A DNA stretch of 64,000 bases from NCBI GenBank assembly GCA_030141605.1, contig JAQGDQ010000270.1, positions 62,001-126,000 on the forward strand. The letters run 5' to 3'. This document shows positions 51,391 to 63,607 of the stretch, in pieces; the stretch's first letter is position 1, and each line of letters begins with the position of its first letter. Both the position numbers and the translations under genes were made by a program. Origin of the DNA: Tubiluchus corallicola (taxonomy: Eukaryota > Animalia > Priapulida). The notes under the pieces are model-generated. The model was not told the origin of the DNA, did not search any database, and was given only the letters and a program-made list of their open reading frames with translations.

Positions 51391-53121
51391 CTAGAGTGGA
51401 GCGGGTGTTGGAACACTGGCTAGCGGAGAATCCAGTTTCTCTACCGGCTGTTGCGGACTTGGCTGGTGTGCAGCTATCTTATCTTGCAGTGCTTGATACT
51501 GAACGTGAAACTGCTCGCTGTGCGCGATGCCAGGATGCAGAGCTGACATCAACGACAGGAGTCGCCCTCCAGGCAATCGATGATGAACAAACCACAATAG
51601 GCGGAGTATATGTCGCCTGACGCTTTCCGTAGACACGTCCACCATAAGAAACTCGTCAAACACGATAACGCAGAAGTCGTTATTGGCGAATTCCTCTGAC
51701 ATGTTGGATACGTGCGACACAAAACAATGCAAGAAACTGTCCTCGAAAGCACGTTCGTTCTCACAGCTTAGTAGTGTAGGTAGAACTCTAATTATAGCCT
51801 GTTTTTCTTTACTTCTTACAATATGGAGGGTATAGTAAAGCAGCAGTGTACTTGCAACTTTGCTATCCTGTATATAAGAAATGACAGCAAGAGGTAATGA
51901 ATCCGAACCCGATTTTGATTTTTCCGGCGGAAGCTTAGCATCGATCGTACGTATCTGGTCATCGAGCATGAGACACATTAAACCGGGCATAAATTCAGTG
52001 AAAAGTTTAATATCCGGTCGTGGCTCCTTGAACCTTTGACTATCGATCATTGTCCAGGCATTAAGGCCAAGGTCCAGCATTCTGACCAGGAGTAAAAGCA
52101 CCGTGTTGTCTCGCGGCAAATGTTCAGATGAAACAGTTTGCTGTAGGCATTTTATTGCAGACTGCGCCATGAAATTTATAGCAAACGGATCACACAAAAT
52201 CATAGCCAGGTCGCCTAGCACTTGCTCCTGGCCACGATTTATGCTGTCCAAAAAACCTTGCAGTTCTCGAGATTTCTTTATATCCACACTTTTCTCCCGA
52301 ATACAAGCATCCAGACACCAAGTAAACTTGTGGCATGGGTCAACATTCAGGATTTCCTGCACTTCGAGGTCATGCAACGCCATTAGAATCTCAGCTCTTA
52401 ATGTACAGTAGTGAACGTTGCGTGTGCGTAAGAACAACGTTCGCAGAAATTGCAGTAACATGTCATACAATTTAATCTTCTTTCCAACCATGTTTGCTAG
52501 CTCTTGTACAACTTTGCTCTGACGTCTGGATTTTGGCGAAGGACCAAAAAAACCCTGTGCAACCTGTCCCTGCTCTGTGGAGAACATGGTCGTCTCTTTA
52601 TTCCTGATGTAATCAGAGAGCAACGGAGAAACTTCGTCGCCGAAAAGCGACTGGTTATCCTGCCATATTTGACGTTTCACTGCGGTATCGGCTTCTTTAT
52701 ACAATTCCGGATCTTCGGTAACAATCTTGAGATACCGCTGATCGACTTTTGGTAAATGCTTCATTAAAGCCATAACCACAGGCCGGATTGATTTAACGCG
52801 TATAACCACAAAGCTTTTATCAAGTATCTCCTTCAGTCGCTTGTACTTGTCTTTGTCCTCACTGGCTGCTAACTCTGTTATTCGGTTGAGCATCTTTTCT
52901 CGTAGCTCTTCCATCACAGACTCGTGAAATTCCAACCTACGAATGCCATGTAAGTCCAAGAATGGTAGAGCCGGACGCAAAGAAGGCAACAATATCCCAT
53001 TCTCTACCTGGAAGTCCTCGATAAACTTCAGCGGATCAGTGCAGTTTGTGAGTGCCTCACGGAGATGACTACTTCCGGGAATGCCAAGTTCTTGCAGAGC
53101 ATCACCACTCCCAGAAGCCAT
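51391..53121 (-). CDS. NELFB: Negative elongation factor B (COBRA1), 576 aa, single coding exon
   Basis: Uninterrupted ORF with recognised NELF-B motifs: LTNCTDPLKFIEDFQVENGILLPSL..LPFLDLHG, KRQIWQDNQSLFGDEVSPLL, LYDMLLQFLRTLFLRTRNVHYCTLRAEILMALHD, DPCHKFTWCLDACIRE, QVLGDLAMILCDPFAIN. An in-frame TAA four codons upstream of the ATG supports this start. Confidence 0.97.
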   Translation of the reverse strand: MASGSGDALQELGIPGSSHLREALTNCTDPLKFIEDFQVENGILLPSLRPALPFLDLHGIRRLEFHESVMEELREKMLNRITELAASEDKDKYKRLKEILDKSFVVIRVKSIRPVVMALMKHLPKVDQRYLKIVTEDPELYKEADTAVKRQIWQDNQSLFGDEVSPLLSDYIRNKETTMFSTEQGQVAQGFFGPSPKSRRQSKVVQELANMVGKKIKLYDMLLQFLRTLFLRTRNVHYCTLRAEILMALHDLEVQEILNVDPCHKFTWCLDACIREKSVDIKKSRELQGFLDSINRGQEQVLGDLAMILCDPFAINFMAQSAIKCLQQTVSSEHLPRDNTVLLLLVRMLDLGLNAWTMIDSQRFKEPRPDIKLFTEFMPGLMCLMLDDQIRTIDAKLPPEKSKSGSDSLPLAVISYIQDSKVASTLLLYYTLHIVRSKEKQAIIRVLPTLLSCENERAFEDSFLHCFVSHVSNMSEEFANNDFCVIVFDEFLMVDVSTESVRRHILRLLWFVHHRLPGGRLLSLMSALHPGIAHSEQFHVQYQALQDKIAAHQPSPQQPVEKLDSPLASVPTPAPL

Positions 53122-53819
53122 ATTATTATATTAAGTCCAAATTTGTCTATTTCTGAAATTTAACCAAATTTAATCTGAAACTTTTTTGTTCTTTGCTCTA
53201 GTTTTGGCCAAATGTAAATAATAGGATGCAGCAAATATAAATGAATAAATGTACACTCAAGGTAGAGATATTTGGAAAACATCTTCTTCACTGGGCTCTA
53301 ATAAACATTTGAAGATCAGCTAGCACGTTATTTTTAGAATTTTTACTATAATTTCAATTTTTTAGTTTGACTAGATTTATTTATTTAGCTTTTAAATTAT
53401 ATAGGAAAGGAACCAGTAAGAGATACGAAAAACAACAAATTTAGTGCATTTTTCGCTTGTAAAGGCGCAAAAATACCGAATGAAAATGCCAGGGGTCACA
53501 TACCATTGCATAAGGCTGGATAAGGTAGTCAATAGTCAGCCACTCTTTTAAATCAAAATGAGTAAGTATAAAGTAAAGCAAAACAATTTCGCGATGCAAT
53601 TTGTGTAGACAGTTCTATATAGACACTCTTGATTTCATGAACAGTAAAGAAGAAACCCATCAAATTAATAGCACTTTTAATTATTATAACTCTATCACGC
53701 AACGCTGCATAGAAATAAGGGATACCTTCATTCGTATTGCACGATATCTAGCTCGAATTTGCATCTATAACCTGCTGAATACATGGCTTAAGTTTGTTGC
53801 AAATTAAGCGCCAACTTTG

Positions 53820-53990
53820 TTGAAAATGATGACGTAGCTGTAGACGTTTCCATGGCGATTACCAACTATGGGAAAATGTAGAATTTTTTCTAACATAATT
53901 TATATTAGAACAATAGTGTTTTGTGCGATTTGTCCAACATTGTCATTGTCAAAAATTGTGGAAGGACGGCTGGTAACATCAGAGGTAATT
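53820..53990. promoter_or_regulatory. Candidate bidirectional promoter or first non-coding exon region
   Basis: CRE/ATF-like TGACGTA, an X-box/YY1-like gtttccatggcgat about 700 bp upstream of the NELFB ATG, and a + strand donor AG|GTAATT at 53985. The motifs are short, so this is inference only. Confidence 0.3.
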
Positions 53991-54044
53991 TCACGGGTGA
54001 TACTTGATTTGCATTAGTGCAATAGTGATAGCAATACTGATAGT

Positions 54045-54740
54045 AAATTTATTTAACTTCATAAACTTAATAAAATTAAAAGATTATAGTTTATACAGAT
54101 AAATACCAGAAGAGGTGATGAAAGACCATATCGTCACCCAGTCAGTCACCTCAAATTAGATGTTAGCAACATTAGCATTGCCCTAGTGGTAATTAATCAA
54201 AGTTATAATTACATTAATTCAATAATGTCTATATATGTTGTCAGTAAATAGTTGCTATAATTATAAATAGGGTAATGAAATATTACTAATACTTTCAAGT
54301 GATAATTATACATGAATTTGGCCATTTCTGATTTATAGATGTCCATAATCCATAATAGCTGATGGGGATTTGCTATTGATCCCTCTACTATTCCGAGTTT
54401 ACAGTAAAAAACTAAAAATTAAAGTGAACTCGACTACATGAGGAGGCAGGTTATTCCAGGCGTTAGCTATATGAAAGAATACATCTTTCCTTTTGTTCCA
54501 TTTTCCATGTAGTCTTGTTTTGAGCAGTTTAAATGGGTGTCCTCTTAATAGGATACATATCCTTTATATTCTTTCATACGTTCATACAGCCTTTATATCC
54601 TTGATATGATTTACATGTCCTTTAGTTTCAGAAACCCTAGAGCAATGTATGATGGGGTAGCCCGTTGCATGTGGTTAGTAAAAGTCATTAGTTTAAGTTT
54701 TGTGCTTATGCATCATTCATTATCACGACTTATGTAAGAA
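54045..54740 (-). mobile_element. CR1-like LINE 3' fragment
   Basis: The minus strand reads FFHIANAWNNLPPHVVE near 54430-54480; short-repeat tail near 54050-54080. Ends approximate. Confidence 0.5.
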
Positions 54741-55737
54741 AGTATGCAGTCAGCAATTGAGTATTCAACAACTGGAATAGTTTAAAACTGCAACATCTAA
54801 GTCAATCAATGAATTCAAGAGAAATTTGGAACGTGAGAGAAAAAATTCCTTGTACCATACACACACTAAATGCCAGTAGTGAACAGGCATTACAGGTGAT
54901 ACTTGGATCTACCTCTAGCCTTAAACCTTGGATATAGATATAGGCTTTAAATATTTATATAATTAATGATAATCATTGTGAAATTTTAGATGCCTGTTGT
55001 GCCCATATTCTTACTCATAATGTTTGTGTTCTTAAGTTCCAATGATATTTTCTTGGGTTATTTCTAAACTCTGTTATTACCATTATCTTTTAATGATCAT
55101 GTTTACAAACAATATTAATCAGTGAAAAGTGAATATAAAAGGTCAAGAAATTGGAGTCCATGATGCCATTTGCCATTCTAACAAAACTCGGTGGTTAATT
55201 AAACTTTTTGATTTGGCATAGAAATAACTTGTTTGCAAAAGGGACAAAATATATGCCTTTGCTAATTTTTGTTCGCCATAGCAACAACCTGTAGTTAAAT
55301 GACCAGCTTGTTAAAATGATTTGACAGAGTCCATTCAATATTCATTGGGCATTTTCAAACAACCTACTGTTTTACAGCATCCGTGAATGACCGGACACAG
55401 GCGCTCAAGGTCAGCTGTTCAGTTTGAGCACCCGATGAAAAAATCCGGTCATTTAGAATGGTTGACTGGGAGACGTACATTAATTTCATTTTGTTTTAAC
55501 AAAAACAGAACTTGCTACCAACTATCAATCATGGATGGATCGCTTGAATTTATACCTTTACTGTGAGCGGTCTTATGTGCCGTGCTGATTCAGTCTGTTT
55601 ACTGCACTGAGGGTGGATGTATTCGCATCCAAACATGGCTAGCACAGCTCTTCTTTTAACTGATGTTGAGTTGGGTTCCGGTTTCGTTGCAAACATCAAC
55701 AATAAGTAGGCCAGCAACATTTTATGCTTCCGACTAT

Positions 55738-56152
55738 ACAGCAACAGTGCTTCTGACCGTAGTGCAAGCAACAATGCTTCTGACCGTAGTGCAAACAACA
55801 ATACTTCTGACCATAGTGCAAGCAACAATGCTTCTCACCGTAGTGCAAACAACAATGCTTCTCACCGTAGTGCAAACAACAATGCTTCTGACCATAGTGC
55901 AAGCATTAATGCTTCTGACCGCAGTGCAAGCAACAATGCTTCTCACCGTAGTGCAAACAACAATGCTTCTGACCATAGTGCAAGCATTAATGCTTCTGAC
56001 CGCAGTGCAAGCAACAATGCTTCTCACCGTAGTGCAAACAACAATGCTTCTGACCATAGTGCAAACAACAATACTTCTGACCGTAGTGCAAGCAACAATG
56101 CTTCTGACCGTAGTGCAAACAAGAATGCTTCTTACCGTAGTGCAAGCAACAA
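55738..56152. repeat. 27-bp minisatellite (about 15 copies)
   Basis: Unit gcaacaatgcttctgaccgtagtgcaa. Confidence 0.95.
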
Positions 56153-56885
56153 TTTGTCATGTCCATTTTATTAAAATGTGGCTGTAATTGTAAAATCCCA
56201 TTATATCATGTCATCGTATCATGTTTTGCTATGTGTTATTGTTTGATGTTGTCGTAATAAAATAAAAAATAAAATAAGTCATTTACTCATTTTTAATTAT
56301 TTATTTAAAATCTATCTATGTATTTGGTATCACAGTGAAAAAAATGTTTGGAGTGTGTAGATGTATGCATAGAAAACTTTGCTATCAGTGTTAATTCTGT
56401 GACTTGTTTGTAACGTTGTCCTAATCTGTCACTGAATTGGAAACAAAATGATTTGATCAATGACAGAACATATGTTTGCATGGAAACATACCTGTAGTTG
56501 CTGTTGTAGTTGATCAAGCATTGATTTTTCAAAAATCAAAAACAATCGGTTACCAATCATTGATTTTTTTAAATCAGTCATAAATAGGGATGAATGTCAA
56601 GCTTGGAAAATTTTTTCCGGTACATCGTTTCTAAATATATGTTCCTGATGTGAACGTGGAGACGAAAGATCGGGGGTCTAAGTCAAAATAAATTTGGAAA
56701 TGTCACTTAGAGAAGCTTTCATTTTGAGATCCACTCTATCTGGCCTCAATTGAAAGTGAAACATCAGATCTTTACAGCCTGACAGGTATGACTAGGTGCA
56801 GGCAAGCTTTTTTACACAGGTGGATTTTTCTAGATTGTAATAAAATGAACAATTAAAATAAATGTTGCTTATGTATTTTTCAGAG

Positions 56886-56958
56886 ATGGCATTTTGTAGC
56901 AAGATTCTGCTTTCTGTCGGAAGTTGGATCAATAACTTATCATTTTTCATATCCAGAG
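56886..56958 (+). CDS. Candidate first coding exon of an unidentified gene (MAFCSKILLSVGSWINNLSFFISR..., phase-1 donor)
   Basis: Acceptor tatttttCAG ending at 56883, then AG-ATG-G, 24 open codons and a strong donor AG|GTGAGT at 56959. No homology recognised and no downstream exon identified in the window. Confidence 0.4.
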
Positions 56959-57756
56959 GTGAGTAAAAAACCTTCCCTTTGCCGTTCTTGCAAATGTAGT
57001 TCGCTTTTTGAAAAATTAATGTTGTCTTAGCAGTTTAATGATTAATAAAAGTCGATTTCTGCACGATTGATTTAACTCAACGCGGGGTAGTACATAACAT
57101 CTTGCTAGGGTCGCAATAGTACATAACAGTTTATTGCATCAAAGTATTGCTGAAACTACAGAGAAACTATCATGCCTTCAAAATTCAAAGCATGGATGCC
57201 ATGCACATCTACCACAGCCTGCTGTCTTCGGTGTATGATTGGGGCAGAAGATCCTCCAACACGTCTTCCAGGTGGCTCACAAGCTCATCTATTGCATACC
57301 GGCTCATGCCATGGTTTTTTACTACTTATTGTGTCCTTCAGAATAGCTTCAATTTGTTCGGAAGGGTTAAGGTCTGGTAATTTCCAAGTCATTCATGTAA
57401 TAGCTTATTCTGTGATGTTACAACTTGCTCTGTACCCCTTAACAAAAGAACATGTGCCACCATGTGCATACTCAACGTCTTACATGTTTTAAATATATGA
57501 TTTTTTTCTTTTGCTGGTCAGATTTCATAAATCAACATGTTACCTTTGATCTTTAGTGACAAATCTACTTTGGACTAAGAAATCTACAACCTAACGTTCA
57601 CTAGACTTTGCTTCACGTTCATTCTGGTGTTCAAACTATGTTCAGAGCAGTCTGGAAATAGTACTTGGTGGCCAAGTGCTTCTCTTGTGTTCATACTGCA
57701 ACTGCACCCGTCATCAGCGCAGAGTGAATGCTGAAATGCTTATTTGGTCATGCTTA

Positions 57757-58312
57757 AGCCTGTGTCACAAAGAGCTGGACATAATCCATAAGGTGTAAGT
57801 CGAGAGGAGAAAAAGACGCTTCATGAAAAATAAACTTATGTTAACCAATGATCACTTTGTCATTTTGTGTCTACTGCGGTTTGCGCATCGTAAGTCGTCC
57901 GCCATAATCCGCTGTAGGCTCCTCACAAGCCGTTTTGAGCTGTTCATAAGGCACCTTATTGGGAAATTAATTTAGCCATTCATGTCATTTACCATAAGGC
58001 ATTTTTGGTCATCGCTAACATGGTAGATAGTATATTTGTAGTTTGTACAGTACACAATTCATTTATGTCGTAAGAAATCATAACAGAATGGTTTCATAAA
58101 CATCAAAAAGCAATTTTTTAAGCACGACATTTTACTAATACTGCAATTAGAAACATGTATTGCCGAAATGGATTATGGCAAAATCCTTACTATTTACACA
58201 GAGTAAGGAGCATAGCGCGCATTTTGATATACGCTTTATGGAAGGTGGAAGACACCTTATTGCTTACAGATTATGGCTTGCTCCTTGCACCTTTTTGTGT
58301 GTGACACAGGCC
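57757..58312. mobile_element. PIF/Harbinger (Tourist-like) MITE
   Basis: TIR (a/g)gcctgtgtcaca ... tgtgacacaggcc, flanked by the 3-bp TSD TTA (57754-57756 and 58313-58315); internal ccataa/ttatgg repeats. Confidence 0.75.
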
Positions 58313-58437
58313 TTACAGTGGCACTAGCACTTAACAAACTTTACTTCTGGTCTTTGCCATAATAATAAATGTGTGCTGTCATATGATAATCATTAAAATT
58401 AACTGTATGTTTTTTCAGTGATTCTACAAATTATATA

Positions 58438-60194
58438 CCGTATTTTCCCATGTATAAGAGACCCTTGTGTATAAGAGACCCCTTCAATTTTTAGGCAAAA
58501 ATTCTGGAAAAAAGTTTTTTGGTAATGAATAACTTTATTCATCATAGAAATCATTAAATTCCTCATCACTCTCATCAAAAATATCAACTGGAGTCAGACC
58601 TTCAGCAATTCCAGCCAGTTCATCATCAGAGGAGCCACTCTGCTCAAAAATGGCATTGTCCTCTGTGCCGTCCATGGCATTGGAGATGCCACACTTCTTG
58701 AAAGATTTAATAATGACCTCTGGCTTTACACCATTCCATGCCTTGAGGACCCAGCTGCAGACTTCTCCAAGGGTTGGCTTTCTTACCTTGCCAGTTGGTG
58801 TCAGATTGGAGTCGGCATCTTGCATCCACTTCGTCCACTCCTCTCGCATCAGATTCTTGAAAGGTTTGTTGATGGAGACATCAAGGGGTTGCAACTGGCT
58901 GGTTAATCCACCGGGAATGACAGCCAACCGAGTTTTTGATTGTGCAGCCAGCTTCTTCGTCTCTTCTGTCAGGCGGGCTCTGAACTGGTCAAAGACAAGG
59001 AGAGCGGGTTTTCTCAAAAGGGCTCCAGGTCTTTTCATCCAAATCTTCTCCCACCACATCTTCATACCATCTTGATTCATCCACCCTTTCTCCTGAACAT
59101 GTTTTGCCTCAAGTTTATCACATAGGAGTGAAACTGGAGAATCTTCTCCTCGTAGGCAGCAGGCATCTTTTGAGCAAGTTTGGTTCTGGTCCGCAAACTT
59201 AATCCATTTCTCTTCATGAACAAGAAACACCAGTTGGGTGTACCTTTGAAGTTGGCTGTCTCTTCTCAGTTCTCATTGCTCTCCACCATCTCTCTAGCAA
59301 TCCTCCTCCATTGGTCCATTATCATCTTTGTAGACACTGACAATCCACTCATCCTCTGAGATTGGACCCAGTGTTTCAGTGACTTCTCCAGGTTTGGCCA
59401 AGTCGCAGTTTTTCCTCGCGTGGCCCTCTTTGTCCTTGGAAGCTGGGAAATATGTTCTTTTTTTTTCCGCCACAACCCAATCATCCAAGCAGTAGGAGGA
59501 GATCCAAACTCCCTTGCAGCAGCTTTATTGCCATGCTCTTCAGCAAATTGAATGACTTTTAGTTTGAAATTTGCAGGATAAGAAGCACGTTTTTTAATTT
59601 CGGACATTTTTAGAGGGTAGACTACAACTTTTTTCAACTCAGTGCAGTACTGAAAACAAAATAAAACCAGTTAATGTGTTGTAGAAAAAGAGTACTGGTA
59701 TATATTAAAGTGCGTACCTGCAAACCTGTAACAGGAAAAGAGAAAACGAGGAGATAATGCCTGTGTCACGATGCTTGTATTGCTTATAACCGCTTCACAG
59801 TCGAACGCGACACCCCTTTCTTAGGCTGACTCATCTCGCTGACCTCTGCCGACGTATCAATGACGTCGACGGGCATGCAGAGAGCTTATGCAGATGCGTT
59901 GATTGTCTGCAGAACAATCGATTTCTCTCCAATACCAAAGAGACATTTAAAAAAATAATAACTTACCCGGTACATTAATTTTATCATTAGAATTTAGCCA
60001 TGGAGAAGATTTATTGAAAGGAAACTATAATTATTCGAAATAAAACAGTTGTAGAGCACTTATTTCTTTAAAATCATTAGTGTCACAATTTATGCATCTT
60101 ATTGAAAAGACTTACTCCCATGTATAAGAGACCCCCTATTTTTAAAGTGAAAATTCTGAGCAAAAAAGGGTCTCTTATATGCGGGAAAATACGG
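58438..60194 (-). mobile_element. pogo-superfamily DNA transposon (BrkDBD, CENP-B HTH, DDE_1), defective
   Basis: TIRs ccgtattttccc(atg/gca)tataagagaccc at both ends, TA on both flanks, and subterminal repeats tgtataagagaccc. The transposase starts MSEIKKRASYPANFKLKVIQFAEEHGNKAAAREF (ATG at 59607) and has an in-frame TGA at about 59266. A frameshifting deletion at about 59100 removes the first catalytic-D region. The reading resumes EKGWM..LLVFDQFRA..IPGGLTSQLQPLDVSINKPFK..SFKKCGISNAMDGTED. Confidence 0.92.
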
Positions 60195-60902
60195 TAATTG
60201 GATTTTTTTAAATGAATTACTTAAAAAATGTAATCTTATCTAGATATCAAGCAAAGAGGCACATCATTAGCTCAATATGAAATGCACATTTTAGTGTTTT
60301 TTGAGATTAAACAGCAAAAATTTTCCATACAGTCCTTTTGCATTCTGTACAGCAAGTTCGACTCTTTCTTGTGTTCAATATATTCCTTTATTCAGTTTGA
60401 AATCATGTACTGATTACATTCTCGTTTTCGTCTACTTTGGCAGAAAACTCACAGAAACCGTGTTTACCAAATTGATTTGTTATCCTCTCGATTTGGTGTG
60501 TTTACCTTCTTCTGCGTATTTCACGCAAACTGTTATTGCCTGATGGAAACCTTTCTCTTTTTCTCATACATCCACTACACCGTATTCACTATCTAGTAAG
60601 GGTCATAAGTCATAAGTCATTTATTTCACCATACACATTTACAATTACATATACAATATCTAGTGAAAGGGCCTATGATATAATACAAATAAGAAACATT
60701 GCGCAGAAAAGCCTCAAACACTGTTCTCTTATGCACGAAGGTAAATGTGTTGTGGGCAATCAAAAAGCAGGGCTTGTTAGATTGTCCCACACAGTGATAG
60801 AAAAAAAATATGGAGATAATCTGAAAATTTAAAGTGAATCGTGATTAAAAAAAACATTAGTGCTTAAAATTGAATGACGTAATGAATGAAGCTCATATAT
60901 GG

Positions 60903-61051
60903 GATGATATGAAAGATAGAAAGACTATTATTTTTCAATAGTATGTAAATTTAAAATAACTTGATTAAGCTAACACCACTGTTTGGCAATTAAGTTATTT
61001 TAAATTTACATACTATTAAAAAATAATAGTCTTTCTATCTTTCATATCATC
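60903..61051. repeat. Long near-perfect inverted repeat (hairpin)
   Basis: Arms of about 64 bp with 2 mismatches and a loop of about 21 bp. Confidence 0.92.
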
Positions 61052-61649
61052 AGGGTGAGATATTTCTTTATTAAAATGATGACATTATAATGATGAATGC
61101 GTGATGGTGTTACTGCTAATTTACATTGGGGCTCGGTTGCATTTAAAGGGCTTGTGTGATTGTCTTATTTCTAAGATTTCTTCCCCGTGGTGGATGTTTA
61201 CAGTACCAACATTTGACTATTACCTTTTTTATTTCACATTTCTTAAAATTTTAAAAATATCACAATTGGAATTGTAATTATTACAAATGTGTATGGTCTT
61301 ACATATCTCACTAGGCAGAAGGCATCAATAGCAAAACGTGTTTACAAGATAAAGAATGTTTTGTATATGAGATTATTAGAATTTGAACTATTCTTATGCT
61401 ACGGATGTATTGACATATTTGATTCGAAAGCAACAAATTTAGCTTCTTTTCAATTCTGTTAAAGCAGCTCAAGATACAGTGACATTTTACGGCTCTCTTT
61501 TCTAATATCTCTGCTTTACATAGTAGCAGGTTTTGCTTTATTAATTTTCCCGTAATCCGTATAGGTCAGTCTGCGTAAATAGGCATATAGCTACAAGCAA
61601 TTAGTGGCATTTCTCAATTAATGGAGATCACACCCCTATAACTTGTGTA

Positions 61650-62110
61650 ATAATAATATATAATAATATAATCCATTATTGATTACGTATTTATTCATAG
61701 AGCGCCCTTTCGGTAAAAATCTTTTCAAAGGCATTGTGCAATTAAATATATTTATATAAAATACTATAATATAATTAGACTTATCTGTAAATCATAAAAA
61801 TCTACAAATATTAACCCTTACACATTAAACTAATACTTAAAAAGATGAGTTTCTTTTGTTTACTTTTAAAAGAATTTAAATTAGTGCAAGCTCTAATTTC
61901 AATAGGTAGCTTATTCAAACACTTTAGGGCGCATGGCTTGATTTTACCAGTGTCGTGTATAATTTATATATATATTTATATGTTATATGCGAATTTTGTA
62001 TCCAGTTTATTTTCCTATCTAAGCATTCGCTATGAATGGCTAAGCCGTCTGAAACTTTCGTAAGGGCCTGTAACGTCTTGGCAACATTAGTAACATTGTT
62101 AGAACATTTA
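61650..62110 (-). mobile_element. CR1/L2-like LINE 3' fragment
   Basis: The minus strand reads LNKLPIEIRACTNLNSFKSK near 61860-61920; tail with AATAAA and (ATTAT)n near 61650-61695. Confidence 0.5.
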
Positions 62111-62537
62111 ACATAAATCTTTCTTTCTTATTAATCTGTTTATTCACAAAGACTGCTGCCATAATAAGTCTAGATGATGTAACGCCTCGTGGCTTGCACG
62201 CTAAAAACAGTGAGGGGAAACCTTAGTGAGCACAAAACATTAAAATATAAACCATAGATAAGAACACGTCACAGGGCCACTGTTTTTTGTTCCATTGGTC
62301 ATGCAGCAAAGTTCTATGCATATGATGCACATCACTTTTGGTCATTTCACGCTGAATACATATAAAAAATATAACAATCTAATAATAACTGGAATAACTT
62401 CCCAAAATAATATCATTAATTAGTTAGATTATGACAGTGACTGCCAGAGTGTTTATTAACTATTGTAGTTTGTTTTTGACAATTATTACCCATTGTGGGT
62501 AATGAGTTGGAGAAAGAAAGCAGACACTGAAAAATTG

Positions 62538-62609
62538 TGGACTAGTCAGAATTTGAACACGAGACCTGGTATTAGTACTTCTATACTCTGTCAACTGAGC
62601 TACTAGTTC
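62538..62609 (-). mobile_element. tRNA-derived SINE head or tRNA pseudogene
   Basis: A box TAGCTCAGTTGACAGAG and B box GTTCAAATT at tRNA spacing. The anticodon stem is degenerate, so it is not called a functional tRNA. Confidence 0.6.
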
Positions 62610-62832
62610 AACGTGACAGAGCAGGTCTGAGATTTCCTCCTTGTAGCACACAATTGCCCAAATATGTGATACATTTCTTAAAACAACAAACAGCTTTCAA
62701 AAAATTAAACGGCTTTGTTTAGAAAATTCTGATTTGTAAAACAATTACAATCCTATTGATAGATATCTACTGGACAGTATGACTTGTGTTAATCATCAAA
62801 CCATATTAGTACAACATTTTAAGAATTATAAA

Positions 62833-62936
<104 letters not shown>

Positions 62937-63607
62937 CGACTGACTGCTGTTGCATTGTTTAGAATAATAATACTAACATAATCAGATCTCAGATTTCTAT
63001 GTTAAGCTCATGAAAGAAAGTAATTTTCCCTGTTCCAAAAATTCTGTATTGACATCCACAAGCGAAAGCAAAGCAGCATGGCAACAGCTATTGGGCTTAT
63101 GTTCTGACATGCTCTCTATTCATTGAGCCTTGTACAAATATCAACGGTGCTCGTAGACAAACTGTCTTTATTTATATAGTTAATTGATAGCTGACCTAGC
63201 ATTATAGCAACCATGGCTACTGATATTGAAAGTGAAAATTACCATGTAGTATTTTTCACGATATGCTGCAAGTAATATAAAAGAATAGATACCGTCTAAC
63301 CACTAAAGTTTTGCATGTATATAAAACGATTAAAGTGTTTGAAGTGCTTTGCCATGTACATAGCTGTTATTTCTCATTCTAGGCCACATTTATGTAACCT
63401 GATCTGATTATGTAAAAACCACTTTGTCAGCCTCTTATACACTCATTTTATTTATAGGTTGTTATTTACGTTTACATGCTAATCTGCAATGTAATGTGAC
63501 CTTTGTATCCATAGGACTTAGGTTCAAACCCAGGCTTAACCTGAGATTTTTCTTAGTTTCACTTAAATTCAGTTTCAGTAATTGAGGGCTTGTTGCATCA
63601 ATATTTT

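Noticed and set aside
51396-52755. Antisense and alternate-frame ORFs over NELFB (likewise those over the FAM193 large exon and the pogo transposase)
   Set aside because: Shadow ORFs of real coding sequence.
29088-53121. FAM193-NELF linkage as conserved synteny (human FAM193A lies near NELFA)
   Set aside because: The gene here is NELFB, which is not a homologue of NELFA; probably coincidence.
53122-53300. Non-AUG N-terminal extension of NELFB, as reported for mammals
   Set aside because: An in-frame TAA lies four codons upstream of the ATG.
55663-56187. 174-aa ORF of TMLLTVVQA repeats
   Set aside because: Product of a 27-bp minisatellite, with no splice or homology support.
62538-62609. 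Functional tRNA gene
   Set aside because: A and B boxes are present but the anticodon stem does not pair; more likely a SINE head or pseudogene.
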